DNA of 64,000 nucleotides from an uncultured delta proteobacterium (GTDB taxonomy: Bacteria; Desulfobacterota; Syntrophobacteria; BM002), in NCBI GenBank assembly GCA_963712115.1, contig CAVQGX010000030.1, positions 128,001 through 192,000 of the forward strand. Direction: 5' to 3'. This document shows positions 42,576 to 52,231 of this stretch, piece by piece; within the stretch, counting starts at the first letter, position 1; each line of letters opens with the position of its first letter. A program made the position numbers and the translations under genes. Below the pieces are notes generated by a model, which made no database searches, was not told where the DNA came from, and was given only the letters and a program-made list of their open reading frames with translations.

Positions 42576-44570
42576 ATGAAGCCCTTCCAACTGGTTACAG
42601 ACTTTGAGCCCCGGGGCGATCAGCCCGGGGCGATCGAAGCCCTAGCGGACGGTGTAATGCAGGGGCTCAAGCACCAAGTGCTGCTAGGGGTCACCGGCTC
42701 AGGCAAAACTTTTACTATGGCAAATGTCATCGCCAAAGTTCAAAAACCGACCCTGGTTATTGCTCCCAACAAGACCTTGGCGGCCCAGCTTTATGGGGAA
42801 TTCAAGAGATTGTTTCCCCACAATGCGGTGGCTTACTTTGTCTCTTACTACGACTACTACCAACCCGAAGCTTATGTTCCCCAGACGGACACCTACATTG
42901 CCAAGGATGCCTCAATCAATGAAGAGATTGACAAGATGCGACACTCGGCCACCCGCTCCTTGCTCGAGCGGCGTGACGTCATAATTGTAGCTAGCGTCTC
43001 TTGTATTTACGGACTGGGTTCCCCAGAGGCCTATCAGGGCCTACTGCTCCACCTTGATCGAGGACAGCAAATTGAGCGGGAGAAAGTACTGAGAAAGTTG
43101 GTGGAAATCCATTATCAGCGCAGTGATATGGATTTCCACCGGGGTACCTTTAGGGTCAGGGGTGATGTGGTGGAAATCTTCCCCGCCCACGAGGAAGAGC
43201 GGGCCGTTCGGATTGAGTTCTTCGGGAACGAGGTGGAGCGCATACTCGAGATTGACCCGCTATGGGGAAAGGCGGTAGGGGAGCTGTCCCGACTGGCAGT
43301 TTATCCAGCGAGTCACTATGTTACCACGCGGCCAATGTTAGAGCAGGCCATTAAGAATATACAAGCTGAACTCCAGGAAAGATTAGTTGAATTAAGGGGG
43401 CAAGGAAAGCTACTGGAGGCCCAGCGGTTGGAAGAGCGATGCCGTTTCGATTTGGAAATGCTCCAGGAGCTGGGGTACTGTACGGGGATTGAGAACTACT
43501 CGCGCCACCTTACGGGCCGGGCACCAGGGGAACCGCCGCCTTGCTTGCTGGACTACTATCCGGATGACAGCCTTTTCTTTATCGATGAAAGCCACATCGC
43601 CGTGCCGCAGCTGCAGGGAATGTATCGTGGAGACCGGTCAAGAAAGCTTACGCTGGTGGATTACGGATTCCGTCTTCCTTCCGCCCTAGACAACCGGCCG
43701 TTATCCTTTGAAGAATTTGAGGTTGTAGTGCCGCAGCTTATTTATGTGTCGGCCACCCCGGCAGATTATGAGCTGAGGAAGGCCCAGGGAGTTGTAGTAG
43801 AGCAGATAATCCGGCCGACAGGGCTTATGGACCCGCAGATCAGCGTGAGGCCGGCCGAGCATCAGGTTGATGACCTCATCGGCGAGATCCGTCGCCGTGC
43901 AGAGCGCAATGAAAGAATTCTTGTCACCACTCTGACCAAGAGAATGGCGGAGGATCTCACCGAGTATCTCACAGACATGGGCATAAAAGTCCGCTATCTC
44001 CATTCTGACATAAATACCATCGAGCGAGTGGAGATCATCCGCGATTTGAGACTTGGGCGCTTTGATGTGTTGGTCGGCATAAATCTACTGCGAGAAGGTC
44101 TTGACATTCCGGAGGTTTCATTGGTCTCCATCCTGGATGCAGACAAAGAGGGGTTTTTGCGTTCGGCAAGATCACTAATTCAGACTTGCGGCAGGGCAGC
44201 TCGGAATGTGGCTGGCGAGGTAATTCTCTATGGAAGCGAAGTAACCCGATCAATGAGCAGAGCAGTGGAGGAGACCAACAGAAGACGCCTGATGCAGGCA
44301 GAATATAATCGAAAACATGGGATTACCCCGGAAAGCATTAGGAAGGAAATTCATAATATCCTGGATTCCGTTTACGAGTGTGACTATGTAACCGTACCGA
44401 CTGTAGAGGAAGAAATTGTAGAATATAAGACAGTTGAAGAATTGGATCAGTACATAGCAGGATTAGAAAAACAGATGAAAGAGGCGGCCACCAACCTGGA
44501 ATTCGAGGAAGCCGCCCGTTTGCGAGATGAAATAAGGGATCTCAAAGAACAGAGGTTGGAGGTTTATTGA
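42576..44570 (+). CDS. uvrB: Excinuclease ABC subunit B
   Basis: [35 protein letters not shown] domain. Confidence 0.98.
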   Translation: MKPFQLVTDFEPRGDQPGAIEALADGVMQGLKHQVLLGVTGSGKTFTMANVIAKVQKPTLVIAPNKTLAAQLYGEFKRLFPHNAVAYFVSYYDYYQPEAYVPQTDTYIAKDASINEEIDKMRHSATRSLLERRDVIIVASVSCIYGLGSPEAYQGLLLHLDRGQQIEREKVLRKLVEIHYQRSDMDFHRGTFRVRGDVVEIFPAHEEERAVRIEFFGNEVERILEIDPLWGKAVGELSRLAVYPASHYVTTRPMLEQAIKNIQAELQERLVELRGQGKLLEAQRLEERCRFDLEMLQELGYCTGIENYSRHLTGRAPGEPPPCLLDYYPDDSLFFIDESHIAVPQLQGMYRGDRSRKLTLVDYGFRLPSALDNRPLSFEEFEVVVPQLIYVSATPADYELRKAQGVVVEQIIRPTGLMDPQISVRPAEHQVDDLIGEIRRRAERNERILVTTLTKRMAEDLTEYLTDMGIKVRYLHSDINTIERVEIIRDLRLGRFDVLVGINLLREGLDIPEVSLVSILDADKEGFLRSARSLIQTCGRAARNVAGEVILYGSEVTRSMSRAVEETNRRRLMQAEYNRKHGITPESIRKEIHNILDSVYECDYVTVPTVEEEIVEYKTVEELDQYIAGLEKQMKEAATNLEFEEAARLRDEIRDLKEQRLEVY

Positions 44571-44696
44571 CGCGCTTAGCGCGTCAATAGCGAGACTGGA
44601 TGTCGGGGGGAAAGCGATTTGATGTCCCCGTCTCGCACCTCTTGCCAGTCTCGCACGTCTCGCAATTTGCTGTCGTTGGTAATTGGACACACTAAC

Positions 44697-46556
44697 ATGA
44701 CCAAACCCAACAAACTTAAGGAAAAGCTGGACAACTTTCCCTCAAGCCCTGGTGTTTATCTTATGAAGGACTCCCGGGGCAAAATTCTCTACGTGGGGAA
44801 AGGAAAGGACCTGCGCAAGCGGGTTCTTTCATACTTCCAGGGAAAGGATCACTCTTCTCCCAAAATCAGGGTGCTGGTCAAGAAGGTCTCGGATTTAGAG
44901 TTCATTATCACAGGTTCAGAGAAAGAGGCACTTATTCTTGAGTCAAATCTTATCAAACACCACCGGCCCCGATACAACGTAGTCCTCCGGGATGACAAGA
45001 GATACCTGGTCCTGCGCTTGGATCCGAAGGAAGATTATCCAAGGCTAACCCTGGTGCGGAGCATCCGTAGAGACGGTGCCCTTTACTTTGGCCCATACGC
45101 TTCAGCCCATGCAGTGAGGCAGACTCTCAAGATGTTACACGGTATGTTCCCTTTGCGTCAGTGCAGTGGCCGCAAGTTTAAGAGCCGCCAGCGCCCCTGT
45201 TTGAATCACCAGATGGGCCGTTGCCTTGGATTGTGCGCCGGCACCGTCACACCTGGGGAATATGCGCCGGTAGTTGAGCAGGCCGTGCTTTTCTTGAGGG
45301 GTCGCACTCGGGACCTGCAGATTAAATTGCGGCGGGAAATGGAGCGAGCTGCTGATGGGCTCGAGTTTGAAAAGGCCGCTATGTATCGAGACCGTCTGAA
45401 AGCGGTGGAAAAGACTCTGGAGAAGCAGCTAATGGTTTCTTCCCGCTTTCGAGATCAGGATGTGATTGGCACGCATGAATCCGGAGAAAATCTTGGCCTG
45501 GCAATCCTCTTTATCAGAGAAGGCCGCATGGTTGGGAGTCGGGCCTTTGTCTTCAAAGACAGTAAGAACAGCGCGCCGGAGATATTGCGCGGTTTTATTC
45601 TGCAATATTACGACAAGGGCAAGTCGATCCCTGAAGAAATATTGATGAGTGAATCTGTCTTAGAACAAGATTTACTGGCGGAATGGCTATCAGACCTTAA
45701 AGAGAAACGGGTCACCCTTCGGGTCCCTAAAAGAGGAGAGGGTAGGCGCTTATTGACCATGGCCTGTCAAAATGCAGCGAACTATGTAATGAGTGAAATG
45801 CCAAGGCCTACCGATCCTCTTCCTGCGTTGGAGCGATTACAACAAAGGTTGGAGTTGGAATCTTTTCCCCATCGCTTGGAGTGTGTTGACATATCCAATT
45901 TCCGCGGCCAGTTTCCGGTGGGTTCGCTTGTGGTTTTTGAGGATGGTGAGCCGGACAAATCGGCCTACCGCAGGTATCGTATCCGGGATGTTGTTCAGAT
46001 AGACGATCCAGCGATGATGGCTGAAGTTATAAAACGAAGGTTCACTGATGAACGAGACTCGAAAGTGTTGCCAGATCTTCTCGTGGTTGACGGTGGAAAG
46101 GCGCAACTTAACCAGACCATGGCGATCCTTGATGACCTCGACTTGAAGTGGATGGTACCGGTGGTGGCCCTGGCGAAGAAGCAACGGCCAGCAGAGCAGG
46201 CTGAACCAGGTAAAAGTGACCGGCTTTATCTGGCGGGAAGAAAGACTCCTTTGCTACTTAAGAATGATCCGCCATTACAATTTCTCCTTGGCCGCCTGCG
46301 CGATGAGGCCCATCGTTTTGCCATAGAGTATTATCAAAAACGTCACCGCAAAAGCACACTTCACTCCCGACTGGATGATATTCGTGGAATAGGACCTAAA
46401 CGACGTCGCGCTTTGATTCAATATTTCGGCTCGGTAAAGCAGTTGGCTAAAGCCACTGTTGAGGAAATTAGTGAGGTTGCAGGGGTCAGCAGTAAACTGG
46501 CAGAAGAGATCTTATTTGCTTTGAGAAGTAATTCCTCTGACAAAATGACAATTTAG
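44697..46556 (+). CDS. uvrC: Excinuclease ABC subunit C
   Basis: GVY..YVGK GIY-YIG, Cys cluster, DISN, DGGKAQ, RDEAHRFA, HhH; ATG 44697 preferred. Confidence 0.97.
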   Translation: MTKPNKLKEKLDNFPSSPGVYLMKDSRGKILYVGKGKDLRKRVLSYFQGKDHSSPKIRVLVKKVSDLEFIITGSEKEALILESNLIKHHRPRYNVVLRDDKRYLVLRLDPKEDYPRLTLVRSIRRDGALYFGPYASAHAVRQTLKMLHGMFPLRQCSGRKFKSRQRPCLNHQMGRCLGLCAGTVTPGEYAPVVEQAVLFLRGRTRDLQIKLRREMERAADGLEFEKAAMYRDRLKAVEKTLEKQLMVSSRFRDQDVIGTHESGENLGLAILFIREGRMVGSRAFVFKDSKNSAPEILRGFILQYYDKGKSIPEEILMSESVLEQDLLAEWLSDLKEKRVTLRVPKRGEGRRLLTMACQNAANYVMSEMPRPTDPLPALERLQQRLELESFPHRLECVDISNFRGQFPVGSLVVFEDGEPDKSAYRRYRIRDVVQIDDPAMMAEVIKRRFTDERDSKVLPDLLVVDGGKAQLNQTMAILDDLDLKWMVPVVALAKKQRPAEQAEPGKSDRLYLAGRKTPLLLKNDPPLQFLLGRLRDEAHRFAIEYYQKRHRKSTLHSRLDDIRGIGPKRRRALIQYFGSVKQLAKATVEEISEVAGVSSKLAEEILFALRSNSSDKMTI

Positions 46557-46577
46557 TATTATTATTTAAATATTTAA

Positions 46578-46690
46578 GGTTTCAGTGTTCAGTGTTCAGG
46601 TTTCAGCTTTTATGTTTCTTTTTCCTGACACCTGAAACCCGAAACCCGACACCTAAGACCCTGAGATTTGGTGCTTGGAATTTGTAGTTT
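46578..46690. repeat. TTCAGTG/CCTGAAA heptamer inverted pair
   Basis: ggtttcagtgttcagtgttcaggtttcag / ctgacacctgaaacccgaaacccgacacc. Confidence 0.85.
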
Positions 46691-46769
46691 TGCAATGGAC
46701 GCAGGGGGCAGCTCAAAGCCGGACACTTTGGAATTATTCTATTGATTGCCCAGAGAGGAGAACAGGCAG

Positions 46770-48245
46770 ATGGAAGAGGTAAGAGTTCGTTTCCCGCCCA
46801 GTCCCACTGGATACTTACATATCGGTGGAGCCAGAACCGCTATCTATAACTGGCTTTTTGCTCAAAAGACAGGAGGAAAGTTTATCCTCCGCATTGAGGA
46901 CACTGATGTTGAACGGTCCACCAAAGAATCTATCAGGGGCATTGTGGATGGGCTCGACTGGCTTGGAATAACCTGGGACGAAGGTCCTTATTTTCAATCG
47001 GCCTATGCGGATGATCACCGGAGAGCGGCGCAGAAATTGGTGGAGATCGGTCATGCTTACAAATGCTTCTGTACCCAAGAGGAACTGGAAGGAAAGCGAC
47101 AAGAGGCAAAAAGGAGAAAGGAAGACTATCATTACGACGGCACCTGCCGAAACCTTTCTGTTGATGAAGTAAAGCGATTGGAGGCTGAGGCCAGACCCTA
47201 CGTGATTCGTTTCAGGGTGGTTCGTGGTCCAGGGGGTGTGGTTTTTCAAGATGCGGTTTACGGAGTGATAGAGAAGAAATACAGGGATATTGAAGACTTC
47301 GTTATCCTTCGCTCCGATGGTTCTCCCCTCTATGTTCTTTCCAACGCCGTGGATGATATCCGCGATCGAATTACCCATGTGATTCGAGGTCAAGACCATC
47401 TGGCCAACACACCCAAGCAAATAATGATTTATGAGGCCCTTGGAGAAAAGTTGCCCCGATTCGCTCACATGCCACTTACTCTGGATCCACAAAAGCGCAA
47501 GATTTCCAAAAGGGCTCACGGTGAGGTGGTGTCAGTGCAGTATTATCGTGAGCGGGGCTTCTTGCCCTGGGCTCTGGTTAATTTCCTTGTTCTCCTGGGA
47601 TGGTCCACTTCAGATAATCGGGAGATTTTTTCTCAGGCGCAACTCATTGAGGCTTTTTCTTTGGAAGGCATCAACCGGGCAAATTCCGTATTCGACATTC
47701 GCAAGGATGACCCCAAGTTCTTCACCGATCCCAAGGCGATAAGTATCAATGCCCATTACTTACGAACTATTGAGGTTGAAGAGTTGTTGCCTTACGTACA
47801 AGCAGAAATGGAGGCAGCCGGGTTGTGGGATCCCGCCTTCGGTTCCGAAAAAAAATCCTGGTTTGCCTCCACCGTGGACCTCATCCGCAGCCGTTACCAC
47901 ACCACAAAAGATTTCGTCAATCTGGGACGATGTTATTTTGCAGATGACTTCCCAATTGAAGACCAGGTGCTGCGCAAGAACATCTTGAAGCATGAAAATC
48001 TCAAACAATGGCTGCCCTTGATGGCGGACCGGCTAGAAGAACTGGAAGAGTTCACCGTCGATCTGATAGAGCAGGTTATCCGTGACCTTGCTGCCGAGTT
48101 GGATGTCAAGGCAGGGATTCTCATAAATGGCGCACGGGCTGCTGCTACCGGGCAGGCTGCCGGGCCCGGTCTTTTCGAGGTGCTCGCAGCTGTGGGTAAA
48201 GAGAGAGTGCTGCACCGTCTGCGAGAAGCCCCCAATTTGTATTAG
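46770..48245 (+). CDS. gltX: Glutamate--tRNA ligase
   Basis: RFPPSPTGYLHIGGAR, RIEDTD, HVIRGQDH, KISKR, anticodon domain. Confidence 0.95.
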   Translation: MEEVRVRFPPSPTGYLHIGGARTAIYNWLFAQKTGGKFILRIEDTDVERSTKESIRGIVDGLDWLGITWDEGPYFQSAYADDHRRAAQKLVEIGHAYKCFCTQEELEGKRQEAKRRKEDYHYDGTCRNLSVDEVKRLEAEARPYVIRFRVVRGPGGVVFQDAVYGVIEKKYRDIEDFVILRSDGSPLYVLSNAVDDIRDRITHVIRGQDHLANTPKQIMIYEALGEKLPRFAHMPLTLDPQKRKISKRAHGEVVSVQYYRERGFLPWALVNFLVLLGWSTSDNREIFSQAQLIEAFSLEGINRANSVFDIRKDDPKFFTDPKAISINAHYLRTIEVEELLPYVQAEMEAAGLWDPAFGSEKKSWFASTVDLIRSRYHTTKDFVNLGRCYFADDFPIEDQVLRKNILKHENLKQWLPLMADRLEELEEFTVDLIEQVIRDLAAELDVKAGILINGARAAATGQAAGPGLFEVLAAVGKERVLHRLREAPNLY

Positions 48246-48363
48246 AAATAACACACCGCCTGCCTCTAAATCCCCCATAAATTTTCCTTTAGGCGAAGAG
48301 GATATGGCTGATCAGTCTTCTCTGACGCTGGCACGTTTCTTGAACGTATTACTCCCTGCACTA

Positions 48364-48558
48364 TAACCCGGATGTTTTATGAATTACTTACTACGACCAC
48401 GGATATGGTCATCCTTCCGTGCGTCCTCGGGTGTTGGCCCCTGCGACGTACCATTCAGGTACGCCTCGGATCCAATCCCGCGGTACCGCGGGACGGTTGC
48501 CCGGTGGCACGCCCATCTTCGTGGTCTCGTGACAGCAATTCATGAAACATCCGGGCTA
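48364..48558 (+). mobile_element. MITE copy 1 (195 bp)
   Basis: TIRs TAACCCGGATGTTTTATGAA / TTCATGAAACATCCGGGCTA; internal palindrome TCCCGCGGTACCGCGGGA. Confidence 0.88.
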
Positions 48559-48625
48559 AGACTTTTAAAGATGCGGAGAAGAATTTTGAGTGGAACTTAG
48601 CTGGTCAGAGAGGAGTAGGTGTTAA

Positions 48626-49135
48626 ATGACACTCGGTGAACTGCCTTCTAGCGGAATTTACATTGATATTGCTTTAGGGCTGGTGGTACTGCTAGTGCTG
48701 TTCTATCAGATGGCCGCACAGCAGAGAGCAAGGAAAAAAATTGGCGAGCTGGAGAAACGAATCGCCGCAGCTGAGGAAGTCCAGGCGGCGGTGTTCGCCA
48801 ACTTGGAAAAGAAGGCTAATGCATTAAAGGAAATAGTCTTTGAGAAAACAAAGCCCATGACTAACAAGCTCAATGAACTCTCCAAGAAAGCCAGCATAAT
48901 GCTCGAGAAAAATGAAGCGGTCCGACGTGAGTTGGAAGATCAAATAGGACCCCTCAGATCTTCAATAGATGAAACAACTACCAAATTTAATTCCTCCCAG
49001 GATGCCATAAGGCAAGTGGTCCAAGATGGTAAGAACGAGATCGAGAGAATGACAAAAGAAGTAGAAGGGTTTAAAGAGGAAATCAAAAAAGTAAAAGATT
49101 TCATCCGGGACGGCATTATTGACGTTGAGCTATAG
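48626..49135 (+). CDS. Single-TM membrane-anchored coiled-coil protein
   Basis: GAGGAG RBS, hydrophobic IALGLVVLLVLFY, then heptad-rich charged helix. Confidence 0.8.
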   Translation: MTLGELPSSGIYIDIALGLVVLLVLFYQMAAQQRARKKIGELEKRIAAAEEVQAAVFANLEKKANALKEIVFEKTKPMTNKLNELSKKASIMLEKNEAVRRELEDQIGPLRSSIDETTTKFNSSQDAIRQVVQDGKNEIERMTKEVEGFKEEIKKVKDFIRDGIIDVEL

Positions 49136-49138
49136 CCC

Positions 49139-50233
49139 ATGAAAGAAAGCAACGCTACCATCCTTTTCGCCGACCTCATGAATTCTACGGAGTTGGCCAA
49201 GAACCTTACCCTGCTGGAATACGATGACATGCTCGTCGATTTTCAGAACACCATGTTCGAGGTGGTTTCTCACCACCTGGATTACTTTGGATATGAAGGG
49301 GAGGGCGTGGACTCGGAATGGTCAATCTCTGGAGACGAACTTAGAGTTTTCCTCTATTCCGACAACATGGATTTCGATATTCGCAGCGCCCTGCTGATAG
49401 CCACCAAGATCAAACTTGCCTGGCTGTCTTCAGGCTTCAACCAAAGAGTGCTCAGCGAACAGCGGCTGGTATCTCGTATCGGAGTGGGTATCAATTGCGG
49501 CAAGGTGATAAAAGATGTCAGGCCATGGCGGGTGAAGATAGGCAAGGCGGGGCAAAATATTGAAGGTTACGCCATCAATCTGACCAAGCGTATAGAGTCA
49601 GCCTCGCGGGAAGGCAACGTTTATCAGATCATGGTCGGTGCCAGTCTCTACAAGAGATGTCAGCAAAACAAACGAATGAATGTGGCTTTCAGCCACCCGA
49701 GGAGTCTGGTTTTTAAGGGTCTTGGCCAAAAAATACCGGTGTACGAGGTTGTTTCTTTTATCAACTTCGAGATATTGCCCTCCATGCCCGCCCCCTTACA
49801 AGAGGGTCTCATGGAAAAGATGGAGAACACCGTTCGAGATGCTATGCCCGAACCGTGGATTTTTATCGTTCTCTTGCGTTCTTACATTTCCATGTTGGCC
49901 TCAAGTCGCGACGAGTACGCCGATGTCAAAGCAGTGGAGCTTGCCCAACAGGCGCTGGACGTGGTGGATTACAAGCCGGTTATTTACAATATGCTGGGGT
50001 GGCTTTACACTAATGGTAAAAATGTTCGGAATTTGGAAATGGCCTTTCACTATCTTGACCAGTGTCTAGGCCTAGAGCCCAAGAATGAAGCTGCCCTTTT
50101 GCACCGGGCTAGAATTCTAGAGGAGATGGGCCAGACCGATCTTGCCCGGCATGCCTATCAAGAAATTCTATTTCAAAACCGAGAACACCCCATAGCAAGA
50201 AGAAAACTTGCCCAGTACCAGGTCGCCAATTAG
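49139..50233 (+). CDS. Class III nucleotidyl (adenylate/guanylate-type) cyclase domain plus C-terminal TPR
   Basis: ATILFADLMNST, SGDE, IGVGINCG, AINLTKRIES; TPR-like YNMLGWLY..AFHYLDQCL..P. Confidence 0.85.
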   Translation: MKESNATILFADLMNSTELAKNLTLLEYDDMLVDFQNTMFEVVSHHLDYFGYEGEGVDSEWSISGDELRVFLYSDNMDFDIRSALLIATKIKLAWLSSGFNQRVLSEQRLVSRIGVGINCGKVIKDVRPWRVKIGKAGQNIEGYAINLTKRIESASREGNVYQIMVGASLYKRCQQNKRMNVAFSHPRSLVFKGLGQKIPVYEVVSFINFEILPSMPAPLQEGLMEKMENTVRDAMPEPWIFIVLLRSYISMLASSRDEYADVKAVELAQQALDVVDYKPVIYNMLGWLYTNGKNVRNLEMAFHYLDQCLGLEPKNEAALLHRARILEEMGQTDLARHAYQEILFQNREHPIARRKLAQYQVAN

Positions 50234-50389
50234 TGTCGATAAAACCGTTTACATCGTTGAAGTCGTTCAAATCGTAGAAACCGTCCATCACAGAGGTCAG
50301 AAGTCGGAGATCAGAGATCAGCTTTAGCTCTGACCTCTACCTGCTGCCAGCTGTATTTCCCCATGCCCTTTGCGCTATGCTCTATGCCC

Positions 50390-50929
50390 TCAAAAAGAGA
50401 TGGGCTCAACATCGTCCTCGTTGAGTTCTACTGAAACCGCCTGTTGAATAATATCTATGGCCACTACCAATCTTGATTTCTCATGCTTCTTGCGAACCAA
50501 AATCCCTTCACAACCATAGAGAGGGCCATTGACAATCCTTACTAGCATTCCTTCCTTTAAATAGGGATGAACCGTAAGCACAGTGGCGTTGCTGAGAAGT
50601 GTTATCAGGCTGCTCATCTGACTGTCAGGTACTGGCAGGGGGCCGTCCTCGTTGCGAACTATTCGGACAACTCCAGGTGTCTGCAAAATCTTCAATTGTT
50701 CGTAGTTGTCGAGTGAGGCACGCACAAAGAGGTAGCCAGGGAAAATCGGCATCTGGATCTTTTTGCGTCGGTCCCTCCGTTTACTCCAGCGCTCCATCTG
50801 CGGCAAGAGACAGTCGAAGGACTTGGCCAGCAAACGAGAGTATACCTTGCTCTCGTGGCGAACCTGGGCGTAGACGGCATACCAAGCTGGTGTCATATGA
50901 GAGACCGGATCTGTCATTACTTGTTCCAA
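50390..50929 (-). CDS. NusG-paralog antiterminator (UpxY/LoaP/RfaH-like)
   Basis: WYAVY..RHE, WSKRRDRRKKIQMPIFPGYLFV, TPGV, KOW motif VRIVNGPLYGCEG. Confidence 0.9.
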   Translation of the reverse strand: MEQVMTDPVSHMTPAWYAVYAQVRHESKVYSRLLAKSFDCLLPQMERWSKRRDRRKKIQMPIFPGYLFVRASLDNYEQLKILQTPGVVRIVRNEDGPLPVPDSQMSSLITLLSNATVLTVHPYLKEGMLVRIVNGPLYGCEGILVRKKHEKSRLVVAIDIIQQAVSVELNEDDVEPISF

Positions 50930-51000
50930 TATGAAGATATTATCCAGCCAGAATCTCTGGATGGATATTACTAATGCAATCCTTAAAGAAACGGTCCCCC

Positions 51001-51218
51001 TAGCCCGGATGTTTCATGAATTGCTGTGGCGAGACCACGAGGATGGCTGTGCCACCGGGCAACCGTCCCGCGGTACCGCGGGATTGGATCCGAGGCGCAC
51101 CTGAACGGTACGTCGCAGGGTGAGCTTGTCCTGAGCCCGTCGAAGGAACACCCGAGGACGCCCGGAAGGACGGTCATATCCGTGGTCGCAGTAAGCCATT
51201 CATGAAACATCCGGGCTA
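51001..51218 (-). mobile_element. MITE copy 2 (inverted relative to copy 1, 23 bp longer)
   Basis: Perfect 20-bp TIRs TAGCCCGGATGTTTCATGAA; CTAG at both ends. Confidence 0.9.
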
Positions 51219-51435
51219 GTGTTTCAAAGGATGGTATCGCTCCGTTCTTCTGGTTGTCAAGAATTAATTGGCGGGCCGAATTACCCATTGAATACCCTCC
51301 TTGATACCACTTGACAAAGCAGGTTAAATAAACGAAATAATAGGAACCTTCAGCTAGCCGCGTCATTCACGAATCCTTTTGGAGTTACCCGTAGACAATC
51401 TACCTGGTAATATCGCCAGTAAGGGAGCCGCTGAT

Positions 51436-52227
51436 ATGGCTCAGTTGCAAGTTCAAGATCTTCACTTAATTTTTGGCGGCTTAACCGCTCTCAACGGCAT
51501 TAGCCTTTCGGTACATTCAGGTGAAATTTTTGCCATCATTGGTCCCAACGGTGCTGGTAAGACCTGCATTCTGAATTGTATTTGCAGGTTCTACCATCCG
51601 GACCAGGGCAGCGTTACCTTTGAAGGCCAGGAAATCACCAATTTTGCCCCCCACAAGATAGCAGGATTGGGCATAGCCCGAACTTTTCAGAACATTGAAC
51701 TGTTTCAGGGAATGACTGTGTTGGACAATATTAAGCTTGGGGCACATGTCCACTTGCAATCTGGTTTTCTCGCCGGCGGCTTTTACTGGGGTAAAGCTCG
51801 CAGAGAGGAGATAAAGCTCAGGCGGGAGGTGGAGGAACAGATCATTGACTTGTTGGAAATCCAGGCTATTCGCAAAAAAATCGTTGGCACTCTGCCTTAC
51901 GGCTTGCAGAAGCGAGTAGAATTGGCCCGTGCTCTGGCCATGAGGCCAAAGATTTTACTTCTAGATGAACCCATGGCAGGGATGAATTTGGAAGAAACAG
52001 AGGACATGGCTCGCTTTATACTAGATATTAATGAAGAGAGGGGAGTGACTATAGTTCTTATCGAACACGATATGGGCGTGGTCATGGACATTTCAGACCG
52101 GGTTTTCGTGCTTGATTTCGGCACTAGAATTGCCGAAGGGCCGCCGGAAGAGATCCAGCATAACGAACACGTGATAAATGCCTATTTGGGCGGCTCGGAT
52201 GCGGCATTTTCCAAATTGGGAATTTAA
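51436..52227 (+). CDS. HAAT/Liv-type ABC transporter ATP-binding protein (LivG-like)
   Basis: GPNGAGKT, RTFQN, LPYG, LLLDEP, IEHDM. Confidence 0.92.
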   Translation: MAQLQVQDLHLIFGGLTALNGISLSVHSGEIFAIIGPNGAGKTCILNCICRFYHPDQGSVTFEGQEITNFAPHKIAGLGIARTFQNIELFQGMTVLDNIKLGAHVHLQSGFLAGGFYWGKARREEIKLRREVEEQIIDLLEIQAIRKKIVGTLPYGLQKRVELARALAMRPKILLLDEPMAGMNLEETEDMARFILDINEERGVTIVLIEHDMGVVMDISDRVFVLDFGTRIAEGPPEEIQHNEHVINAYLGGSDAAFSKLGI

Positions 52228-52231
52228 GACC

